From NCBI GenBank assembly GCA_963749085.1, contig CAVVLG010000003.1, positions 219,380 through 283,379 on the forward strand: a stretch of DNA of 64,000 bases. Direction: 5' to 3'. This document shows, one piece after another, positions 20,031 through 30,019 of the stretch. The notes under the pieces are model-generated. The model was not told the origin of the DNA. It made no database searches and saw only the letters and a list, made by a program, of their open reading frames with translations. Origin of the DNA: Candidatus Adlerbacteria bacterium. GTDB taxonomy: Bacteria > Patescibacteriota > Minisyncoccia > Phycocordibacterales > SBAW01. A program made the translations under genes and the position numbers. Numbering within the stretch: the first letter of the stretch is position 1; every line of letters begins with the position of its first letter.

Positions 20031-22967
20031 ATGGGTAAAAGAATACTATATATAGTAATCGGAACTTTGCTGGTGTTTGGCATTCTCTTTTTACTGTGGT
20101 CATGGTGGTCGCAGCCTAACCACCCTTCGCAAACTACCGGCACCTTTGGCACTGCAAGCAACAGCACTACGACCAGTAGCAGTTCGGGTCCGCCAGGTAA
20201 CGGCACCATATCACTCGGACAAACAGTCGGTGCAGGAAGCTATAACGCACAAGGCGTCTATGTAGGGCAGGGCAACGGCACGTACGACGCGCAGGGGAAT
20301 TATGTCGGCTATGTCAGCACGCAGAGCAGTACCGAGACATCAAACTCAACTGGAACGGTCGGTGCAGGAAGCTATAACGCACAAGGCGTCTATGTAGGGC
20401 AGGGCAACGGCACGTACGACGCGCAGGGGAATTATGTCGGCTATGTCAGCACGCAGAGCAGTACCGAGACATCAAACTCAACTGGAACGGTCGGTGCAGG
20501 AAGCTATAACGCACAAGGCGTCTATGTAGGGCAGGGCAACGGCACGTACGACGCGCAGGGGAATTATGTAGGTTATGTCGGTACTGTGGGAAGCACGACT
20601 GTGACAAGTGTGCCGGGTGCAATTTGGCTAGGCGGTACTTCTTTTAATCCGACGGGTATAAACAGTGTCAGCAGCGGTGCAAACGGCTTCGTGCCAACGA
20701 TTACGACAACAATCAGCAATAACGGCAGCGGGGCTGTGACGCTTATAGAAGCGCTCGCAGGAACTGCGATAGCGGGAACTTTGACATGCGCAGCACCAAG
20801 CTTAGTCGCAGCAATAGCAGCAGGAGGAACCGCAGTCAGTCTCCCGACCGTGGTCGGAGCAGCTACTGGAGTTACAATAACCACTACGGGAGCAGGACCG
20901 GAGTTTCTTACTAGTGGAATAGCGTCATTTGCAGGTGCTATTCCTGTCAACGATTATATTACTCATAACCAACTAGCGGGTTTGGGCTTGATTCAAGGTG
21001 CCTCTTTTGCTCTCCAAGCAAAAAACTCCGCGCAAGACATCGCATTTACCGGCAACAAAGTCGTCGACTGTTTTCTCAATGTCATCGCCAAAGTAGCCCT
21101 CCAGCAAATAACTGTAAGCGTCGTCAACTGGATAAACTCCGGCTTTAGCGGCCAGCCCGCTTTTGTCAACGACTATCAACAGTTCTTCACCAATGTCGCC
21201 GATGCCGCGGCGGGAGCGTTTATTCAAGGGTCTCCACTCTCATTTCTGTGCAGTCCATTTCAATTACAGATAAAAATAGCCATAGCGCAGGCCTATGCCA
21301 CGCGCGCCGCACAGTCCTGTACCCTGACTAAACTCATTAGCGACATTAATGGCTTTATGAACGGCGCCTTTTCAAGCGGCGGCTGGCCTGGGTTTATTTC
21401 CTTTACCACAGTGCCGACCAACAACCCTTATGGCGCGTTTGCCTATGCCCAAGTAGGTCTCGCGACTGCACAATCGCAGGCGCTTACAAATGCGAAGAAT
21501 AATATATCGCCTACGGGCTTTCTTAACCTCCAAAAGCTCTCGGGTTGTAGCGATCCTACTCAAAACGGCATCTCTGGGTCAGCGAGTATAGGTGTAAACC
21601 CGCAGGCAGCGATAGCAGCAGGAAAGGCCGCCTTGCCGCCCGGTTGCACGGCAACAGTGGTTACACCAGGAAGCGCCATTGCAGCTTCTCTGACTTCGTT
21701 AAATAACGCTCAAATCAATCAGCTCGGAATTGGCAATGACATTGATCAGATAATCACTGCACTCACGACCCAGCTCATGACCCACATAGTTCAAAACGGC
21801 CTCTCGTCGCTCTCGCAGACGACGACACAGACGCCCGCCGATATCGCAGCGGAGTCGCAAGCGACCACGCTGCTTGGTGAAATGCAAACCGAGACGACGC
21901 TCGCACAACAGCTCGGCAGTATATATCAAGGGAGCATCGGCGACATAGAAAGCGCCCAGGAAGATCTGAATTCGCTCGCCAGTTGCTGGGGCAGCGTCGC
22001 TTCCTCAAGCCCCTCAGCCGCGCAAGCGTCTCAAAACGCTTCAAACGCCAGCGAGATACTGCAGTCCCTTAACACACAGATTGATATCCTCAACAACAAT
22101 ATTACGGAGGTGAACAACGAAATAGCGGAACTGAACCAATTCCAGGAGGATGTGTCGTCCGCACAATCAGATGCCGGTGTGGCAAATGCCACGGCCAGTT
22201 ACAACGCAGCCGCCGGCAGCTTCCCCGCGCAGACCGACGTTACTACGGCCCAGCAAAACCGCACCACGGAGCAGGCGCAGCTGGCGACGCTTGAACAGTC
22301 AGTGCAGACGAGCCTTACCCAATGCCAGGCCGGCGGCAATGAGTCTTTCAATCCACCATGGCAAGTTTCAATATTAGTAACAGGAGTCACTCTTACCGAC
22401 ATTGGAGGCCAAGCAGGCAACCTTGCAGCCGGTAACACCGACCAGCTCTCGGCAACAGTGGCACCGTCCGATGCAACTGATGCGACAGTTACCTGGTACT
22501 CCGATACCCCCTCTGTTGCCACCGTCGACGCCAATGGTCTCGTGACTGCGGTCGCTCCGGGAACCGCAAACATTACCGCTGCCTCTACCGACGGGAGCAA
22601 TATAACCTCCAATCCTATTATCGTGACAGTTCCTACTTCTGCGGGCGGTGGTCAATCAGTCCAATCGTCGATACCAGTTGCCAGTATCACTATCACTGAC
22701 ACGGGCGGCAAAGCAGGCAGTCTTCCGATCGGCAGTACCGACCAGCTTTCGGCGACGGTAGCGCCATCTGATGCGACCAACCAGACAGTCACTTGGTCCT
22801 CCGACAACACAGTAGTCGCCGCTGTTTACTCAAATGGTCTCGTCACGGGACTTTCCCCAGGAACGGCCAACATCACCGCAGTTTCTACTGACGGCAGTGA
22901 TATAACATCTAACGCCATGACCGTGACGGTCAGCAACCCGCAGCAAGAAGATGCCGCCACGCAATGA
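20031..22967 (+). CDS. Giant surface protein with an N-terminal TM anchor, 3x 44-aa perfect repeats, a coiled-coil segment and two C-terminal Big_2 domains
   Basis: The TM segment is ILYIVIGTLLVFGILFLLW. The repeat unit is TVGAGSYNAQGVYVGQGNGTYDAQGNYVGYVSTQSSTETSNSTG. The Big_2-like segment is TDQLSATVAPSDATxxTVTWxSDxxxVAxVxxNGLVTxxxPGTANITA, twice. Confidence 0.65.
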   Translation: MGKRILYIVIGTLLVFGILFLLWSWWSQPNHPSQTTGTFGTASNSTTTSSSSGPPGNGTISLGQTVGAGSYNAQGVYVGQGNGTYDAQGNYVGYVSTQSSTETSNSTGTVGAGSYNAQGVYVGQGNGTYDAQGNYVGYVSTQSSTETSNSTGTVGAGSYNAQGVYVGQGNGTYDAQGNYVGYVGTVGSTTVTSVPGAIWLGGTSFNPTGINSVSSGANGFVPTITTTISNNGSGAVTLIEALAGTAIAGTLTCAAPSLVAAIAAGGTAVSLPTVVGAATGVTITTTGAGPEFLTSGIASFAGAIPVNDYITHNQLAGLGLIQGASFALQAKNSAQDIAFTGNKVVDCFLNVIAKVALQQITVSVVNWINSGFSGQPAFVNDYQQFFTNVADAAAGAFIQGSPLSFLCSPFQLQIKIAIAQAYATRAAQSCTLTKLISDINGFMNGAFSSGGWPGFISFTTVPTNNPYGAFAYAQVGLATAQSQALTNAKNNISPTGFLNLQKLSGCSDPTQNGISGSASIGVNPQAAIAAGKAALPPGCTATVVTPGSAIAASLTSLNNAQINQLGIGNDIDQIITALTTQLMTHIVQNGLSSLSQTTTQTPADIAAESQATTLLGEMQTETTLAQQLGSIYQGSIGDIESAQEDLNSLASCWGSVASSSPSAAQASQNASNASEILQSLNTQIDILNNNITEVNNEIAELNQFQEDVSSAQSDAGVANATASYNAAAGSFPAQTDVTTAQQNRTTEQAQLATLEQSVQTSLTQCQAGGNESFNPPWQVSILVTGVTLTDIGGQAGNLAAGNTDQLSATVAPSDATDATVTWYSDTPSVATVDANGLVTAVAPGTANITAASTDGSNITSNPIIVTVPTSAGGGQSVQSSIPVASITITDTGGKAGSLPIGSTDQLSATVAPSDATNQTVTWSSDNTVVAAVYSNGLVTGLSPGTANITAVSTDGSDITSNAMTVTVSNPQQEDAATQ
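20222..20585. repeat. 132-bp tandem repeat, about 2.8 copies; copies are identical at nucleotide level
   Basis: Read directly in the sequence. The period between ACGGTCGGTGCAGGAAGCTATAACGC occurrences is 131-132 bp. Confidence 0.85.
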
Positions 22968-22991
22968 CCGTGACGGTCGTCCAATAATGAT

Positions 22992-25622
22992 ATGAAACGG
23001 ATGTTCACCAAATTTACAACGTATAGCAGCATCATTCTTGTGGTAGTGGCAATTATTTTTGGTACGTTTCAACCCTTAGTGGTGCAGGCACAAAATGCTT
23101 CTGTTAATTGCACAGGCTCCAACAGTGCGAACTGCATTCCCAGTGGGGCAGGTACCACGGCCGGAGCTTCTACCGGTTCTAGTGCGTCAAGCGCTCTTAA
23201 CTGCAATGGTACCAACAGTGCAACATGCCTAAATGGTGGAGAGACTACCGTGCCTACAGCGGCGAACACTCCTGCCATAGCGGCAGCTACACCAACCGCA
23301 GGTACCCCAAGCAGCAAAAATCCTGTAGACAACACTAGCAATATCGGTTGCAATCTATCCACTGCAATTACTTCAGGATTTGGGGGAGCGTTCGCACTGT
23401 GTCTCACTAATGTGGTTTATATTTTCACTGTCGGGATTGGCAGTGGCTTTGCATACGTTTCAGCCTACTTTTTTGACTATGCAATAAGTCTTTCGCTTAA
23501 TAGCGCGGCTTATGGACTCGGTTTTGTATCGCAAGGATGGACAACCGCGCGCGACGTTGCCAACATGGCATTTCTCTTCGTCCTTATCTACATCGCGTTC
23601 CTTATCATGTTCGAAGCCGAAACCAGTGGCACCATACCCTTGCTCACCGCCGTGATTGTGATGGCTCTGATAGTTAATTTCAGCTTTTTCTTCACGAGAC
23701 TTGCCATCGATGCGGGAAACATTCTTTCGATTCAGTTCTACAACGCCATCACTGCGCCCTCTATAGCTTCGAGCGCCCAAAACACGGGTGTCGCCGCGGC
23801 ATCTATTGTTAATACTGCAAACAATGCATTGGGTAGCGCCAGTTTGGGCAACAGCAAAGACCTTACTGCGAGCATCATGGGGATGCTTCAGTTGCAAAAT
23901 CTATTTAGCAACCCGTCATTCAATGCCTTCTTTTCAACTAGTCCAGGCTTCATGGTTACCACTATCGCACTCTCCTTCCTGTATATAGCGGCAGCCATCA
24001 TGTTCTGGCTTCTCACCGTTATGTTCGCCACGGCGGGTATGAAGTTCCTCTTTCGCATCGTGGCGCTATGGTTCCTTATTATCGCTTCGCCCTTGGCTTT
24101 CGTCGCATATGCCATACCGGGCCTAAGACAATATTTTAAGCAGTGGCTCTCGCTGCTCATTGAAAATTCGTTCTATCCGGCCGCCTTCATGTTTATTTTT
24201 CTTATTCTCACTAACTTCTCCAATCAGATGTCGGGCAACAACGGGATTATTAGCGGTATCTTCACAGGCCTGACGCCAGGCACAAACACAGCAAGCGGTG
24301 CGGTGGCACAGATAGGATATGCTGCTGCGAATGTTGGCATTCGGATGGGCTTTGTTATTGCTATCCTCTGGGTCGGGCTTGAAGCATCAAAGCGACTTGG
24401 GGTGATGGGTGGCGAAGCGGCTAATAAGTTTGGCAGTTGGGTAGGAACAGGAGTTCTTAAAGGCTACAACGTCCCGTATAAGTACGTGGGTCCGGGAGCA
24501 TTGGCTGGGTTGGCCGATCGGGGTTTGCAAAAGACTAAATTTGGCAATTCGCTCCTCGGTTATGAATTGCGCCGATATGTTACAAAACCTCTCGCCGGTA
24601 CTACCATACCCGGCAGTCATGGAGAATCGTATACGCAACTAATAGAGCGTCAGAGAAAAGAAAGTTCTGAAAAAAAGGCAAATCTGCGTGATATAGAAAC
24701 TAAGAAAATAATCCAGCCGCTTCCTGATGTGGAGAAATCATTGCAGCCGCTTGCAGAGAAAGCAGAACTTAAAAAACTGAATGAGCAGGAAGAACTTAAG
24801 AGATTGCATGCCGCAGAAGTCGCTCATGCAGCTGGCACTGGACCGGCGCTCACCAGAGCTGAGTCGGATCGAAAGACCTATCTAGAGAGCAAGGGTCTGT
24901 CCGATATCAGTGCAAGCCAGGACGCAAGGAGATTAGCTCTTGTGGGTAGAGGGGTGACACCAATAACTGCGACCGAAGAAGATAAGAAAAAAACTCTTGA
25001 TGCAAAAAAATCGAACATAGACACGCGTCTTAAGTCATTGAGCGAGCGCGAAATCGGAGAAATCGGTGCGAAAAACATCAAGCCATATGTTCATGCGTTC
25101 AGCGAAAACCAAATAAAGACAATGAAAAATATCAAGACATTCACCGATGCTCAAAAAGAAGACCTCGAAATGACCTGGCAAGAAAAAGGCGCTGCTGCAC
25201 CGCTTAAGAAAGCTGATGACATCACTGATAAATTGGCCCAAATCGATACGGACCTTAGAGTCGTCGGGAAAGGACTAAAACCTGGAGGTGGAGACCTTAA
25301 GGGTGTCGAGATCATGCAATTAAACACGGCGAACACCACCAAATCTTCGGTAACAAAATCCGGGGATCTCATTACCAAGGACAAACTTGAAGCTGCCCTT
25401 AAATCCATAGGGAACGAGACTGAGAGGGTCAGGGGGGAACGTGACTCGCTAGGGCGCGGTGTGGGTACTGCACCTGCAAGAACGTTCTACGGCCAGCAGC
25501 TGAAGGACTTGCAAGATGCAAAGAAACAGGTCGAGGATCTAAAAGATAAAATGAAAGAGATTTCACCTAAAGTAAGCAGAGCCTCCGAGGGCGCGGGCAC
25601 TTTAACAGTAAGAGATAGGTAG
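22992..25622 (+). CDS. Polytopic membrane protein (about 7 TM) with Cys-pair N-terminal repeats and a charged coiled-coil C-terminus; VirB6/TrbL-like candidate
   Basis: There are multiple long hydrophobic helices, for example VANMAFLFVLIYIAFLIMF and FMVTTIALSFLYIAAAIMFWLLTVMF. Its position is next to PrgI and VirB4 genes. The assignment rests on topology only. Confidence 0.45.
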   Translation: MKRMFTKFTTYSSIILVVVAIIFGTFQPLVVQAQNASVNCTGSNSANCIPSGAGTTAGASTGSSASSALNCNGTNSATCLNGGETTVPTAANTPAIAAATPTAGTPSSKNPVDNTSNIGCNLSTAITSGFGGAFALCLTNVVYIFTVGIGSGFAYVSAYFFDYAISLSLNSAAYGLGFVSQGWTTARDVANMAFLFVLIYIAFLIMFEAETSGTIPLLTAVIVMALIVNFSFFFTRLAIDAGNILSIQFYNAITAPSIASSAQNTGVAAASIVNTANNALGSASLGNSKDLTASIMGMLQLQNLFSNPSFNAFFSTSPGFMVTTIALSFLYIAAAIMFWLLTVMFATAGMKFLFRIVALWFLIIASPLAFVAYAIPGLRQYFKQWLSLLIENSFYPAAFMFIFLILTNFSNQMSGNNGIISGIFTGLTPGTNTASGAVAQIGYAAANVGIRMGFVIAILWVGLEASKRLGVMGGEAANKFGSWVGTGVLKGYNVPYKYVGPGALAGLADRGLQKTKFGNSLLGYELRRYVTKPLAGTTIPGSHGESYTQLIERQRKESSEKKANLRDIETKKIIQPLPDVEKSLQPLAEKAELKKLNEQEELKRLHAAEVAHAAGTGPALTRAESDRKTYLESKGLSDISASQDARRLALVGRGVTPITATEEDKKKTLDAKKSNIDTRLKSLSEREIGEIGAKNIKPYVHAFSENQIKTMKNIKTFTDAQKEDLEMTWQEKGAAAPLKKADDITDKLAQIDTDLRVVGKGLKPGGGDLKGVEIMQLNTANTTKSSVTKSGDLITKDKLEAALKSIGNETERVRGERDSLGRGVGTAPARTFYGQQLKDLQDAKKQVEDLKDKMKEISPKVSRASEGAGTLTVRDR

Positions 25623-25635
25623 TATACTACACGCT

Positions 25636-26292
25636 ATGGAGAGAAGAAACTACTCGGCAGAAGAAATACAAAAGAAATTTGATTCGCTTCCTGAGGAGAT
25701 AAAAGCGCTTCTTTACAGTCCCGAGATGATGGATGTTATTAAAAAAGTTGGGGAAAAACACCAGCTTCATATAGACCAACTCGATTTGTTGGAGAACGAT
25801 ACTGCTCAGGTGATGCTTGGATTCATTCAGACAAAGGACTACCCTGTGGCGCTGATGGACAGTCTTAATGTCACGCAGATAAAAGCCGACATGATTGCTC
25901 AAGATATGAACGATATGCTGTTCGTTAAAATTCGTGACTCAATGAAGAAAACAGATATGCCGGTCATTATGCCCTCAAATAAATCCGCCTCGACTCCACA
26001 ACCTATCAGCACAGTCCCGACGCCAACGACACATATGGTTTCAGCTGCCATGCCTATGCCAAAGCCAGCTTTTCCTGTTTCCTCTATTCCAATACAACCT
26101 CCCACTGCGGCAACGCAGATTATCTCCGTGCCCATGCAAACGGCAGATGTGATGCTCACCAAAACAACCGTGAGCATGGCGAAAAAAATTGAGGGTCCGC
26201 CCGTGCAAAATACTCCTCCTTCCGCCACCAAGATAGAGATACCCACACCGGGACCCTACAAAACCGATCCCTACCGCGAACCGCCAGAGTGA
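25636..26292 (+). CDS. Hypothetical Pro/Thr-rich protein
   Basis: ORF with a low-complexity Pro-rich C-terminal half. It lies inside the T4SS-like cluster. Confidence 0.4.
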   Translation: MERRNYSAEEIQKKFDSLPEEIKALLYSPEMMDVIKKVGEKHQLHIDQLDLLENDTAQVMLGFIQTKDYPVALMDSLNVTQIKADMIAQDMNDMLFVKIRDSMKKTDMPVIMPSNKSASTPQPISTVPTPTTHMVSAAMPMPKPAFPVSSIPIQPPTAATQIISVPMQTADVMLTKTTVSMAKKIEGPPVQNTPPSATKIEIPTPGPYKTDPYREPPE

Positions 26293-26487
26293 ACCCTCAT
26301 TGTATTACCAATGCGATTTTTTCTTCGCTTTCCTCGCGCGGACAGCTATAGAGCTAATGGGAAAATTTACATTTTGCATTCATATGCCTCGCGCTTCGGC
26401 TCAAAAAAGGCCATTTCCACATGTATGAAGGAAGCACCTCACTAAAAGTCTCAGATCTGGCGCTTTTTCGCGCTATACTATTAGGCA

Positions 26488-26937
26488 ATGGCGCGGTATC
26501 AAGTTCCTCAATTTATCGAGGTTGAAGATAAAATATTCGGACCGTTGACATTCAAGCAATTCGTCTATATTGCTGGCGGCGGAGGGCTGTGTCTTGTTTT
26601 TTTTACGCTTCTACCGCTTTACATCGCCATTATCTTCATGATCCCTGTGGCGGCCTTTGCACTGGCACTCGCGTTCTATAAGGTTAACGGTCGGCCGTTC
26701 ATTGTAGTGGTGGAGCATGCTGTTGGGTATTTTTTCGGCCATAAGCTCTATTTGTGGAAACAAAGAAGCCAACAGGCTACAAACAGCAAAAAACCCTTAC
26801 CCAATATCTCTGTAGCAAACCAGCTGGTACCAAAACTTTCGCAAAGCAAGCTCAAGGATCTCTCTTGGTCGCTCAATATAAAGGATCGCGCCAAGATGGG
26901 CCTGGTTGACTCGGAGCGCACTGGATTTGAAATTTAG
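26488..26937 (+). CDS. PrgI-family (VirB3-like) small membrane protein
   Basis: The N-terminus MARYQVPQFIEVEDKIFGPLTFKQFVYIAGGGG followed by two TM helices is typical of PrgI/VirB3-like proteins that precede VirB4 in Gram-positive T4SSs. Confidence 0.65.
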   Translation: MARYQVPQFIEVEDKIFGPLTFKQFVYIAGGGGLCLVFFTLLPLYIAIIFMIPVAAFALALAFYKVNGRPFIVVVEHAVGYFFGHKLYLWKQRSQQATNSKKPLPNISVANQLVPKLSQSKLKDLSWSLNIKDRAKMGLVDSERTGFEI

Positions 26938-26941
26938 AAGT

Positions 26942-27607
26942 ATGCCAAACACAAAAGTAAAAGCGCAGGCGACCCAGGAATTCGTGCCCATCAAAGAGGT
27001 GCGCGAGGGTATTGTGATACTCAAAGACGGAAGCCTGCGCGCACTCCTTATGGCTTCTTCCATAAATCTCGCGCTCAAAGGAGCCGACGAGCAGCAGGCG
27101 ATTATCGGACAGTTCCAGAATTTTCTCAATTCGTTGGAATTTACTACACAATTCTTCATTGAATCGCGAGATCTCGATATCCGTCCCTACATCGCCCTTC
27201 TTGAGGAGCGTTTGGCCGCCGAGCTCGACGATCTGATGAAAATTCAGATACGCGAATACATTTCATTCATCAAGGATTTTACCGAACGCGCGAACATTAT
27301 GTCGAAAAATTTCTTTATCGTCGTCCCGTACGATCCGGCCTTCATCGCACGCGGCGGAGGTATACGAGGAACAGTTACTTCATTTTTGCCTACAAAAGGC
27401 GGCGGGAATTCCGTACTTACCGATGAGCAGTTTGAGGAATATCGCACCCAGCTGGAGCAGCGCATTTCAGTTATTGAACAGGGACTGGTGCGCACCGGCG
27501 TACGCGTTGTCAACCTCGGCACGGAGGAGGTTATAGAATTATTCTACAAACTCTTCAATCCGGGCGAGCTGGAGAAGCCCCTGCAAGTCACGCAAATCGC
27601 CAAATAA
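26942..27607 (+). CDS. Stand-alone protein resembling the N-terminal (TraC/TrbE/CagE-type) domain of VirB4
   Basis: The segment FVPIKEVREGIVILKDGSLRALLMASSINLALKGADEQQAII resembles the N-terminus of the downstream VirB4 (LPEQIYKEGVLELQDVIAPSALKITPREINLGDKIARTFFV). It ends 2 nt before the VirB4 start, in a different frame. Confidence 0.5.
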   Translation: MPNTKVKAQATQEFVPIKEVREGIVILKDGSLRALLMASSINLALKGADEQQAIIGQFQNFLNSLEFTTQFFIESRDLDIRPYIALLEERLAAELDDLMKIQIREYISFIKDFTERANIMSKNFFIVVPYDPAFIARGGGIRGTVTSFLPTKGGGNSVLTDEQFEEYRTQLEQRISVIEQGLVRTGVRVVNLGTEEVIELFYKLFNPGELEKPLQVTQIAK

Positions 27608-27609
27608 CT

Positions 27610-29454
27610 ATGGCAATCCTTGATTTTTTAAAAACAAAAAAGTCCTCGCCGCTTACGCCAGTCGCACCTATTTTGCCGGAGCAAATATATAAAGAGGGGG
27701 TACTAGAACTCCAAGACGTCATCGCGCCCTCGGCTCTCAAAATAACACCACGTGAGATAAACCTCGGCGATAAAATCGCGCGCACGTTCTTCGTCATGTC
27801 TTATCCGCGTATCCTCACCGACTCGTGGTTCTCTCCCGTCATTAATCTCGACCGCGTGCTTGATGTGTCCATCTTTATCCACCCGCTAGACTCCGCCGAG
27901 GTCCTCAAAAAATTCCAAAAAAAGGTCGCCGAGGTACAGAGCCAGATTATGGTACGGGAAGAAAAAGGCCTCGTGCGCGACCCGATGCTTGATACCGCCT
28001 ATCAGGATCTCGAGCAGCTACGCGACAACCTCCAACAGGCGCAAGAGAAACTGTTCGACGTCGGCGTCTATATCACCATTTACGGCGCTTCGACGGAGGA
28101 GCTCGACAAGGCCGAGTCGGAAATAAAATCGATGCTTGAGTCGCGATTGATTTACGTCAAACCAGCGCTTTTCCAGCAGGAGCAGGGTTTCAAAAGTGTG
28201 CTCCCCATAGGGCTCGACGAACTTGCTGTCAACTCGAAGTTGAATTCCTCTCCGCTCTCTTCCATTTTCCCGTTCGTGTCCTTCGATCTGACGTCAGATA
28301 AGGGCATACTCTACGGCGTCAATCGTCATAACGCCTCACTCGTTCTCTTTGATCGTTTCAGCTTGGAAAACTACAACTCAGTTATATTCGCAAAGTCGGG
28401 TTCTGGCAAATCCTACGCCACAAAACTCGAGATCTTACGCACGCTTATGTTCGACACGGAAGTCATTGTTATCGATCCGGAGCGCGAATACGAGTTTCTG
28501 GCGCAAACCGTCGGCGGCCGTTATTTCAACATCAGCCTCAACTCTGAACACCATATCAATCCCTTCGATTTAGCCCCTCCTCGTGAGGACGAAAGTGCCT
28601 CGGACGTGCTTCGAAGTAACATTGTTGCGCTGGTTGGAATGTTCCGGATCATGCTCGGGGGACTCACCCCTGAAGAAGACGCAATAATTGATCGCGCCAT
28701 CACTGAAACCTATGCGCTCAAAGATATCACCGTCGATAGTAATTTTGCTGATATAGAACCTCCGCTGCTGTCGGACTTCGAACTAGTCTTGGCTGGCATG
28801 CAGGGCTCGGAGTCCTTGGTGCAGCGGCTCAGCAAATACACCAAGGGCACCTGGTCGGGGTTCATCAACGAGCCGACCAATGTCGATATCAACAAAAAAT
28901 TCGTGGTGTTCTCGGTGCGCGACATGGAGGACGATCTCAAACCGGTCGCGATGTACCTCATCACCCATTATATCTGGAACGCCGTTCGTAAAACGCTGAA
29001 AAAACGCCTGCTGGTCATCGATGAGGCGTGGTGGATGATGAAATCGGATGACACGGCGTCGTTTCTCTACAGCATGGCTAAGCGCGGCCGCAAATACTTC
29101 TTGGGGCTCGCGACCATCACTCAGGATGTTGATGACTTCTTGAAGTCGCCCTACGGGCTCCCGATGATAACCAACTCTTCGATTCAAATTCTGCTGAAAC
29201 AATCGCCGACCACTATTGATAATCTACAAAAAACTTTCAATCTTTCGGACGAGGAGAAATATCTTCTACTGGAGTCAGATGTGGGAGAGGGTATTTTCTT
29301 TGCTGGGCTCAAACACGTAGCTATTAAAGTCATTGCCTCCTATACCGAGGACCAGATCATCACCTCCGACCCTTCCCAAGTGCTGGCGTTGCGCAAGCAG
29401 CGCGCTGAAGCAAGCGAGACACCAGCTGCGCCTGCGGGAAGCGCGATACAATAA
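27610..29454 (+). CDS. VirB4/TraC/TrbE-family type IV secretion ATPase (DUF87/AAA-like)
   Basis: Walker A is FAKSGSGKSYAT. Walker B is LLVIDEAWWMM. Length is 614 aa. It follows the PrgI-like gene. Confidence 0.8.
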   Translation: MAILDFLKTKKSSPLTPVAPILPEQIYKEGVLELQDVIAPSALKITPREINLGDKIARTFFVMSYPRILTDSWFSPVINLDRVLDVSIFIHPLDSAEVLKKFQKKVAEVQSQIMVREEKGLVRDPMLDTAYQDLEQLRDNLQQAQEKLFDVGVYITIYGASTEELDKAESEIKSMLESRLIYVKPALFQQEQGFKSVLPIGLDELAVNSKLNSSPLSSIFPFVSFDLTSDKGILYGVNRHNASLVLFDRFSLENYNSVIFAKSGSGKSYATKLEILRTLMFDTEVIVIDPEREYEFLAQTVGGRYFNISLNSEHHINPFDLAPPREDESASDVLRSNIVALVGMFRIMLGGLTPEEDAIIDRAITETYALKDITVDSNFADIEPPLLSDFELVLAGMQGSESLVQRLSKYTKGTWSGFINEPTNVDINKKFVVFSVRDMEDDLKPVAMYLITHYIWNAVRKTLKKRLLVIDEAWWMMKSDDTASFLYSMAKRGRKYFLGLATITQDVDDFLKSPYGLPMITNSSIQILLKQSPTTIDNLQKTFNLSDEEKYLLLESDVGEGIFFAGLKHVAIKVIASYTEDQIITSDPSQVLALRKQRAEASETPAAPAGSAIQ

Positions 29455-29458
29455 CTAT

Positions 29459-30019
29459 ATGAAGTTGCACTACATTTTTTTTCTTCTGGTAGCTATTTTC
29501 ATAACTGGACTTGCCGACGGCATAACGTGGGCTCTGGCACCTATACCCGGTATTGGATTTGTACTTGGCATTGCGATAGCTTTCTGCATCAACATAACCA
29601 TGGGCGTAGGGTTTCTTATGCCTCTGCTAGCTCTCAGTGATATGTACCACCCGCGCATAAGCCCTTTCGGCATTATCGCGGGACTCATACCTGGTGTTAA
29701 CGTGTTGCCTTTCTGGGTTGGGCTCGTCATCGCGGGCATTATCTATAAAACAAACGCGGAGGGCAAATCACTCGGTGGCGTTACCGGCACGGCATTCAAA
29801 CTTCAATCCATATATCAATCAGGAGGAAATCCTATTTCTAAAATGCGTGAAGCCGGTTCAGCGACACGGAACTCTCGCCGAGATCTCGATCGACCCGAGG
29901 TTCCCCGACCGGCTGATGCCGGCGAAGAGCGGCAAAGTATACGCACACTGCAAAATCTAAAATCTCCCCGTATGAATGAAGATATACGATCACCACAAGC
30001 TCATGCACAAACTGCATAA
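29459..30019 (+). CDS. Small 4-TM membrane protein, hypothetical
   Basis: The hydrophobic helices are HYIFFLLVAIFITGL, GIGFVLGIAIAFCINITMGVGFLMPLLAL, FGIIAGLIPGV and FWVGLVIAGIIY. Confidence 0.45.
   Translation: MKLHYIFFLLVAIFITGLADGITWALAPIPGIGFVLGIAIAFCINITMGVGFLMPLLALSDMYHPRISPFGIIAGLIPGVNVLPFWVGLVIAGIIYKTNAEGKSLGGVTGTAFKLQSIYQSGGNPISKMREAGSATRNSRRDLDRPEVPRPADAGEERQSIRTLQNLKSPRMNEDIRSPQAHAQTA

Noticed and set aside
27475-27612. Possibility that 26942-27607 and 27610-29454 are one VirB4 gene split by a frameshift or sequencing error.
   Set aside because: The VirB4 frame is closed by TGA at 27475 upstream, and its translation upstream of 27610 is nonsensical. The upstream ORF has a natural-looking C-terminus. 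Two genes are more likely; the pair is kept as a finding.
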